Source of the DNA: Phycisphaerae bacterium
GTDB lineage: Bacteria > Planctomycetota > Phycisphaerae > UBA1845 > UTPLA1
Direction: 5' to 3'
Assembly (NCBI GenBank): GCA_019636475.1
Contig: JAHBXN010000007.1
Location: 231,564 to 255,563, forward strand
DNA length: 24,000 bases
The first letter of the stretch is position 1, and each line of letters starts with the position of its first letter. The translations under genes were made by a program, and so were the position numbers. Under the pieces are notes generated by a model. That model made no database searches. It saw nothing but the letters and a program-made list of their open reading frames with translations, and was not told the DNA's origin. Of the stretch, positions 18,488 to 24,000 are shown piece by piece.

Positions 18488-20284
18488 TCAGTCCTCGAAT
18501 GGAACGTCGTCGATCGCGACTTCCGTCAGCGGAGTCAAACGTCCGTTCGATGCATTCACCGGCTCGTCGCTCGGCGCCTCCGCCGGGACTCCGAGGTATG
18601 CCAGGGAGTGTGAAAGAATCCGAGCGGCCGTTGGCGCGGCGACGACCGCGCCGTAATAGCCGATGCTCTTCTGCGGCTTTCGGACCGCGACAAGCACGAT
18701 GAGCTGCGGATCCTTCGCCGGAGCCCCACCGACAAAAGAGCTGACATACGAATTGGGGACGAATCCGCCTCCGCCTTTCTTCGCAATCTGGGCCGTACCG
18801 GTCTTGCCAAATACGGTGTAGTTCGGCAGTTTCGCGGATTGCGTCGCCGCCATGCGAACAACCTCCACCAGGATTTTGTCTTTCATCAGCGTTAGAACTT
18901 CCGGAGACATCACAGGCTCCTCCGGCGGTTCCGGCGTAAAATCGGACACCACTTGTCCCGTCGCATCCATCACGGCGCGAACCACATACGGCTTCACCAG
19001 CTTGCCGCCGTTCGCGAAAACGCAATACGCACGGGCCAGTTGCAACGGCGTCACACTGATCTCTTGCCCCATCGGCACGCTGGTCGTCGAGTACCCATTC
19101 CAGCGAGCGAGCGGACGCACTTTGCCTGAGTCCTCACCCAGCAGGTCGATGCCGGTCTTCTCACCGAACCCGAACAGCCGGCAATATTCATGGAGCCGCT
19201 GGTTGCCAAGACGCTTGCCGATTTTGCCCATCCCGATGTTGCTGGACTTGATCAGCACCTCCTCGAACGAGAGATAGTTGTAGGCATGGTGGTCGTGAAG
19301 CGTACGCGGACCGTCCTGCCAGGTTCCGCCCTCGCAATCAAATACTTCTCCCAACCGGACCACTTTCTCGTGAAGTGCCGCCGAGGCAATGAATGGCTTG
19401 AACGTACTGCCCGGTTCGTATGGATCGGTCAGCGCCCTGTTGCGATAGAGCTGTGTGCCGTAGTCGCGGTAGTGATTCGGATCGAAACTTGGCGCATTCG
19501 CCATCGCGAGGATTGCGCCGGTCTGCGGATGGATCACTACGGCCACGGCGCTTTCGGCCTTGTACTTGGTGACCGTCTCGAGCAGCTCGCGCTCGGCGTG
19601 CGCCTGAATTTCCGCGTCAATCGTGAGCACGACATGAAAGCCATCGCGTGCGGGCCGATATCCGCCCTCGGCAAGATAAAATGCCTTCCGACGAGCGTCA
19701 CGAACAACTGATTTCACACCGTTCTGTCCGCGAAGCCACCGATCGCACTGAAACTCCAGGCCACTCACGCCGATGCCGTCCGGCGCCACGAATCCCACCA
19801 GCGCGCCGGCGACCTCATTCATGGGATAGGTTCGATAGGGCTCGCTGAAAACACCAAGTCCGTAGATGTTCGACTGGGAAATACGTTGCGACTGTTCTTC
19901 GGTGATGCCGCGTTTGATGACGAAGAACCGCTTGTCGCCGGCGTTCATCAGGTCCGGGACAATCTCGCCCACATCAACATCCAGAATGTCGGCAAGCGTT
20001 TGACCCGCCGCCGCGACATCCGGCAGAACCGCCGGATCGACAAACACGCTTCGACGCAGGGTTGTTCCCGCGATAATCCGGCCGCGGCAATCGACAATCA
20101 GTCCACGGCGCTGCGAAATGGGTATCTGAGAGGTCTGCTGCCGTTCGCCACGCGCGATCAGCCGCGGGCCATCGTGGGCGCTGATGTACACCAGCCGCCC
20201 CATCAACGCGACCATCACCAGCAACACGCCGCCAATCACGACCTGTCCGGCGAGATTCTTCTTTCGCGGCCGCACGGAATCCAT
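18488..20284 (-). CDS. ftsI: Class B penicillin-binding protein / peptidoglycan D,D-transpeptidase (FtsI/PBP3-type)
   Basis: N-terminal TM (VVIGGVLLVMVALMG). Transpeptidase triad SxxK (STFK), SxN (SSN) and KTG (KTGT). Canonical position between ftsL and murE. Confidence 0.9.
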   Translation of the reverse strand: MDSVRPRKKNLAGQVVIGGVLLVMVALMGRLVYISAHDGPRLIARGERQQTSQIPISQRRGLIVDCRGRIIAGTTLRRSVFVDPAVLPDVAAAGQTLADILDVDVGEIVPDLMNAGDKRFFVIKRGITEEQSQRISQSNIYGLGVFSEPYRTYPMNEVAGALVGFVAPDGIGVSGLEFQCDRWLRGQNGVKSVVRDARRKAFYLAEGGYRPARDGFHVVLTIDAEIQAHAERELLETVTKYKAESAVAVVIHPQTGAILAMANAPSFDPNHYRDYGTQLYRNRALTDPYEPGSTFKPFIASAALHEKVVRLGEVFDCEGGTWQDGPRTLHDHHAYNYLSFEEVLIKSSNIGMGKIGKRLGNQRLHEYCRLFGFGEKTGIDLLGEDSGKVRPLARWNGYSTTSVPMGQEISVTPLQLARAYCVFANGGKLVKPYVVRAVMDATGQVVSDFTPEPPEEPVMSPEVLTLMKDKILVEVVRMAATQSAKLPNYTVFGKTGTAQIAKKGGGGFVPNSYVSSFVGGAPAKDPQLIVLVAVRKPQKSIGYYGAVVAAPTAARILSHSLAYLGVPAEAPSDEPVNASNGRLTPLTEVAIDDVPFED

Positions 20285-20378
20285 TCCTTAAGCCACTCCA
20301 AGTTCAACTTCGGTGGCGGACGACGCCGTCCCAGTCAAAATTCAAAGCCGAAATTCGCGTACTGAGCCTGCCCAGTGC

Positions 20379-20675
20379 TCAGTCGCCTGAACGCACTCTG
20401 CGGTTCGTCGGTTTTCCGACTGCTCGATCCTTCTCCGATGCGGGCGGGACCACATCCAATTTTAGCTCGGCCGCGCGCTTTCGAATCGCCTCAGGTCCAC
20501 GAAGCTTGGCCAGCTCGATTTCCTTCGCCCAGAGTTTCTGACGAATATTGATTTTTCGCTGATCGAGCCGCTGGATGCGTTCAGCCGCTTTCGCAGATTC
20601 GCCACGAATGCCGACGATCGTCACGCCGATCGAGACCAACATCCCAAGCACAATCAACGCTCGAGCAACGGTCAT
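20379..20675 (-). CDS. ftsL: FtsL-like small bitopic division protein (98 aa)
   Basis: N-terminal TM (ALIVLGMLVSIGVTIVGI) followed by a charged coiled-coil-like segment (AERIQRLDQRKINIRQKLWAKEIELAKL). It lies directly upstream of ftsI. The call rests on position and architecture only. Confidence 0.55.
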   Translation of the reverse strand: MTVARALIVLGMLVSIGVTIVGIRGESAKAAERIQRLDQRKINIRQKLWAKEIELAKLRGPEAIRKRAAELKLDVVPPASEKDRAVGKPTNRRVRSGD

Positions 20676-20754
20676 AATCCCACCATCGACCTGCCGTGGA
20701 CCGCTCCGGCGTCGTCAGCCGCCGCGCAGACAAGCCCCCATCCCGCGCATGGAC

Positions 20755-20775
20755 ACACCGGCTCCGCGCCGGTGT
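20755..20775 (-). other. GC-rich hairpin ~80 nt upstream of ftsL
   Basis: ACACCGGC (20755-20762) / GCCGGTGT (20768-20775), a perfect 8-bp stem with a 5-nt loop and no following U-tract. Confidence 0.3.
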
Positions 20776-20839
20776 TGCCGTGCATCATACTATTCTGTCG
20801 GCAATTCCCGCGCGACTTCACGCGGAAATCCACCCAAAT

Positions 20840-20858
20840 CGCCGCAATTCACGCGGCG
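20840..20858 (-). terminator. Weak terminator or attenuator-like hairpin after the LysM gene
   Basis: On the - strand: CGCCGC gtgaatt GCGGCG (6-bp stem), starting 33 nt after the stop and followed by AUUUGGGUGGAUUU. The U-tract is poor. Confidence 0.25.
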
Positions 20859-20890
20859 TCAAGGACGACCATTCAGAATCAACCCCGCGC

Positions 20891-22240
20891 TCAATCGCCC
20901 GACAGCGAGTCACCCGCCATCCGTGTTGTCACGCTCGAGCTTGTCACAGGCGGCTTGTCAGCCGGCATCGGCAAACGGATCTTCAGTCCCGGCTTGAGTT
21001 TGTGCTGATCCGGGAGAATATCCTGGTTCATGCGATAGATTTCACGATACAGCTTTTCATTTCCAAGCTGATGCTTGGCAATCTTGCTCAGCGTATCTTT
21101 CTCACGAACTTCGTACCAGACGAACGGAGCCACGACGCTGGCCGGCTTCGATGTCTCTCCCGGATTACTCGGCGCCTGACGGGAATCAATCCCCGGCGTC
21201 GGCATGCCCGAAGTGCGGCTTGAGCCATTGCTCTCGCCGCGATCAATGATCGGCGGGGGAATCCTCACGGCATCATCACGTCGGCTGCTCGGTTGCCCTG
21301 AACCCGTAATGCTGCGGTCCATAACCGGATTGCCGGTGCGACCGCCCTGTATCGGCGGTGGCGCGGTGCCGGCGACCGGCTCGAACATATTCGCATACTC
21401 GCCTTCGAGCAAAGGAATGTTCAGCTTCGTTGCAACCTTAACCGCATTGACCGATTCAAGCTGATCCCGGTTTGCATTGAAAATGGCGTCGATGCGTGCC
21501 GGAGTCGCCCGGCCATAGTGCTTCGCGGCGATCTTGCCGAGGCTTTCGCCCGCCTGAACCTCATGCACGGCGATGATTCTGATCGGCTTGGCCGGGGCAG
21601 CAGCCGCGAGTTCATTCCGGGGAGTGTCACCGCGAGCCGTGTTCACGCCGCTGTCCGCATTTGAGGTAAGGCTGCTGTTCGCAGCCGAAGGAACTCGCGA
21701 GGATCGGATTGATTCGTTCGATCGGCCCATGTCGATCGAGGCGGATCCGGCATCGTGGCGCGCCGAACCGAGCGCCGCTCCGGAATCGCCGGCACTCGAA
21801 TCGCCATTGAGTGCCGAGACAACCGAGCTCGCCAAAGCCGCGGACTCGTCGTCGACGTCCTCCGTGTCGATCGGCACTTCGGTCTCGATCACCGGCAGAT
21901 TCAAGCGACTGACCACCGAAGCGGGCAGCGGCTCGATCGGCTGATCCTCGTCCGGAATCGGTCGTCCCACCGGCTCCTCAATCATGCCGACCGAACCGAC
22001 CGGCGGATTGTTGTCCGATGAGATCGGCGTCGGAAGCAGGCGCTCAACGGCAACCTTTCCGGCCCGGTCCAACGGTCGCGCCGTTGTGGGCTTCGCCGCC
22101 GTGTCAGAAATACCGGCGTCCGCCAACGTCAGCGCAGACGTGGATCGCGACGTGCTCGGGCCTTTCTTTGACAGAATAATGGCGAAGAGAATGATGAAGG
22201 ACAGTCCGACCAACAGACCGATTTTTGTTTCCTTGGTCAC
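20891..22240 (-). CDS. Membrane-anchored protein with two LysM (peptidoglycan-binding) repeats and long low-complexity linkers (449 aa)
   Basis: GTG at 22240 with GGAGGTG 5 nt upstream. TM at aa 7-24. LysM-like repeat 1 at aa ~225-277 (nt ~21410-21568: HEVQAGESLGKIAAKHYG...KLNIPLL). LysM-like repeat 2 at aa ~375-424 (nt ~20969-21118: YEVREKDTLSKIAKHQLGNEKLYREIYRMNQDIL...LKIRLP). The linkers are S/A/D/P-rich. I could not see a catalytic domain. Confidence 0.8.
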   Translation of the reverse strand: MTKETKIGLLVGLSFIILFAIILSKKGPSTSRSTSALTLADAGISDTAAKPTTARPLDRAGKVAVERLLPTPISSDNNPPVGSVGMIEEPVGRPIPDEDQPIEPLPASVVSRLNLPVIETEVPIDTEDVDDESAALASSVVSALNGDSSAGDSGAALGSARHDAGSASIDMGRSNESIRSSRVPSAANSSLTSNADSGVNTARGDTPRNELAAAAPAKPIRIIAVHEVQAGESLGKIAAKHYGRATPARIDAIFNANRDQLESVNAVKVATKLNIPLLEGEYANMFEPVAGTAPPPIQGGRTGNPVMDRSITGSGQPSSRRDDAVRIPPPIIDRGESNGSSRTSGMPTPGIDSRQAPSNPGETSKPASVVAPFVWYEVREKDTLSKIAKHQLGNEKLYREIYRMNQDILPDQHKLKPGLKIRLPMPADKPPVTSSSVTTRMAGDSLSGD

Positions 22241-22245
22241 TAATG

Positions 22246-22259
22246 CACCTCCGTGTGCA
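22246..22259 (-). promoter_or_regulatory. Leader/RBS motif TGCACACGGAGGTG, copy 2 (upstream of the LysM gene)
   Basis: Exact 14-mer on the - strand, ending 5 nt before the GTG at 22240. Identical to 10840-10853. Confidence 0.35.
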
Positions 22260-22267
22260 AGATCCGA

Positions 22268-22296
22268 ATCTTATCTACATATCGTCGGATTCTCAA
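22268..22296 (-). promoter_or_regulatory. Sigma-70-like promoter candidate for the LysM-ftsL-ftsI transcription unit
   Basis: On the - strand: TTGAGA (22296-22291), a 17-nt spacer, then TAAGAT (22273-22268). The -10 element ends 27 nt upstream of the GTG start. This is a consensus match only, and the promoter rules of this lineage are unknown. Confidence 0.3.
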
Positions 22297-22352
22297 GACC
22301 CGGCGAGCATTTCCGTATAACTTCTCCGGCGCGGCACGACGGCGTCAGTCGA

Positions 22353-23345
22353 TCACGTCACCAGGCGTTCAGCGCATCGCAACTTGGCCGACCGACTGCG
22401 CCGATTCAGCGTGCGCTCTTGGTCATCTGCCACCAGCGGCTTCCGCGTAACCAGCCGGTAAACGCCGGATCGAGCGCGCTCTCGAAAGTCATCCTTGACA
22501 ATTCGATCCTCGACGCTGTGAAAGCTGATCACCACGATCCTGCCGCCAGTCGCCAGCAGATCTGGCGCCGTCTGAAGCAGTGAACGGAGAGATTCCGTTT
22601 CACGATTGACCGCCATCCGAAGCGCCATGAATGTTCGCGTCGCGGGGTGTATTTTTCCCCGGCGGCCTTCGGCACTCTCGCCGACGGCCGACGCGATCAG
22701 CCGCGCCAACTCCACCGTGCTGTTCAGTCGCCCCTGACGGCGAACCTGACAGATCCGCTTTGCAATTTTTCGGCTGTGACGTTCCTGACTCTGAAAATAA
22801 AGTAAGTCTGAAAGTTCGCCTTCGCCCAGCGTATTGACCAGATCGGCCGCGGTCGTCCGTTCCTGCTGATCCAGGCGCATATCCAGCGGTCCATCCCGTT
22901 CGAAACTCAGCCCTCGCTGGGGATCCGCCATCTGATTGCTGCTGAATCCAAGATCAGCCAGTATTCCGTCCACCCGCTTCACGCCGAACGCATTCAGCAC
23001 GCCCGCCAACTCGGCAAAATTTGCGTGAATAAACCGCACTCGATCGCCGAAGGCCGCCAACTGTTCCCTGGCAAGCGACAGATTGGCCGCGTCCCGATCG
23101 ACTCCGATCACCTGCAAATGCGGGGCATGCTCCAGAAGCATCCGCGAATGTCCGCCGAGTCCCAGCGTGCAATCCACGATCACTCGCCGCCCCACATTCG
23201 AAAGCAGGTCGATGATTTCCGCGGGCAATACGGGGATGTGGCCCGAATCGGCCGTCCCGTCACCAACGGCCGCCGTATCCGCGTCCGCGAGCGCCTCCGC
23301 ATCGTCGGCGCTCCATTCCTCACCGGACCACTCGTCACCAGACAT
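22353..23345 (-). CDS. rsmH: 16S rRNA (cytosine1402-N4)-methyltransferase RsmH/MraW
   Basis: Motifs: HIPVL, DCTLGLGGHS, DLGFSSNQMADPQRGLSF and ISFHSVEDRIVK. I chose the ATG at 23345, 7 nt after the upstream gene's stop. The ORF-track start at 23522 is a TTG that would overlap the upstream gene by ~170 nt. Confidence 0.9.
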   Translation of the reverse strand: MSGDEWSGEEWSADDAEALADADTAAVGDGTADSGHIPVLPAEIIDLLSNVGRRVIVDCTLGLGGHSRMLLEHAPHLQVIGVDRDAANLSLAREQLAAFGDRVRFIHANFAELAGVLNAFGVKRVDGILADLGFSSNQMADPQRGLSFERDGPLDMRLDQQERTTAADLVNTLGEGELSDLLYFQSQERHSRKIAKRICQVRRQGRLNSTVELARLIASAVGESAEGRRGKIHPATRTFMALRMAVNRETESLRSLLQTAPDLLATGGRIVVISFHSVEDRIVKDDFRERARSGVYRLVTRKPLVADDQERTLNRRSRSAKLRCAERLVT

Positions 23346-23352
23346 GTTGCGT

Positions 23353-24000
23353 TCAGACTCCGAGACGCCTGGAAAGGCCGTCCGCCAATTCACGCAGCGC
23401 GTCGACCGTATGCAAAGCAAAAAACCACTCGCGCGACTGTGCCAAACGGTCACTCGCGAACTGCGCTTCCAATGCCGAAAGCCGGGACGACACCCGCATC
23501 GTAAATTCAGGTACCGTAGCAATCACTTGCGCATTGGCCTGCCGAATCGCTCGGTACGCCGCCTGCCGCTGCTGCCTGTCCTCCGATTTCCCCGAATGGA
23601 GGAGATTCGACCGATCAATCGCCTCCGCACGCCGAACCAGCAATTGACGAACGGGCTCAGTGATCGATTGCTCATCCAGATAGCGTTGGGGATTGTACCG
23701 CAAATCGCGAGACTGCCGGCGAGCTGTCGCCAAATCGAGCGGCGTCACGCCATGCGTGCGAGTTGGTAATCGCAGCGTCGCCGTGACGCACGCATATTCC
23801 GGCGGCTCAACACCGAAAAAAGTCCGAATGATCCCGTCGGTAATCGAATCGTACTTCGCCCCGCCGATGCCGTGAATGAACAAATCGCACGCAAACAGCC
23901 GGGCAAACATCGTCTGCGCCAGTGCACGAGGCCGCAACCCGGAGGGAAGTGACGCTGCAAGCGATTCCGCGCGCCCGAGTCCGTCAGCGACACTCCGATC
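23353..24000 (-). CDS. Conserved hypothetical protein, 5'-truncated by the window edge
   Basis: The reading frame stays open from 24000 down to the TGA at 23353-23355. I translated the 21 codons upstream of the ORF-track TTG start and found no stop. It contains FIHGIGGAKYDSITDGIIRTFFGVEPPEY followed by a long helical, R/Q-rich C-terminal half. I cannot assign a family. It is not MraZ-like. Confidence 0.6.
   Translation of the reverse strand, partial: DRSVADGLGRAESLAASLPSGLRPRALAQTMFARLFACDLFIHGIGGAKYDSITDGIIRTFFGVEPPEYACVTATLRLPTRTHGVTPLDLATARRQSRDLRYNPQRYLDEQSITEPVRQLLVRRAEAIDRSNLLHSGKSEDRQQRQAAYRAIRQANAQVIATVPEFTMRVSSRLSALEAQFASDRLAQSREWFFALHTVDALRELADGLSRRLGV

Noticed and set aside
22353-23522. 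Extended 389-aa RsmH from a TTG at 23522.
   Set aside because: It would overlap the upstream gene by ~170 nt, and its first 59 aa are Arg/Cys/Trp-rich nonsense. The ATG at 23345 lies 7 nt after the upstream stop.
1-24000. Searched for mobile elements, CRISPR repeats, toxin-antitoxin pairs and defence-island signatures.
   Set aside because: I saw no regularly spaced repeats, transposase, integrase or recombinase motifs, terminal inverted repeats, or small paired ORFs. Gene content is housekeeping throughout.

Overview
This GC-rich window looks like core chromosome, not an accessory island. I saw no rRNA, tRNA, CRISPR array, transposase, integrase or recognisable defence gene.

The + strand carries the 3' end of ahcY (2-544), a hairpin/T-tract terminator (635-670) and a full-length dnaE (975-4625).

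The - strand, from 24000 down to 4663, is one long co-directional division/cell-wall (dcw) cluster. Its order is: unknown conserved gene (5' end off-window), rsmH, membrane-anchored double-LysM protein, ftsL-like, ftsI, murE, murF, mraY, a 321-bp gap, ftsW, murG, a 328-bp gap, murC, murB, ddl, ftsQ-like, then two polytopic membrane proteins. This cluster converges on dnaE.

The enzyme calls rest on family motifs read directly from the translations.

The points worth a second look are all departures from the canonical dcw layout:
- mraZ, murD, ftsA and ftsZ are all absent from their usual slots.
- An uncharacterised gene is tightly coupled upstream of rsmH, where mraZ normally sits.
- A protein with FtsN-like architecture (TM, disordered linker, 2x LysM) is inserted between rsmH and ftsL.
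- Two apparently paralogous roughly 7-TM proteins sit where ftsA-ftsZ normally sit.
- A 14-nt leader motif is shared by two ribosome-binding regions.

A dcw cluster without ftsA/ftsZ is reminiscent of Planctomycetota or other PVC lineages. That is inference only and cannot be confirmed from one window. I found no clearly novel multi-gene system, and the findings are scored modestly for that reason.
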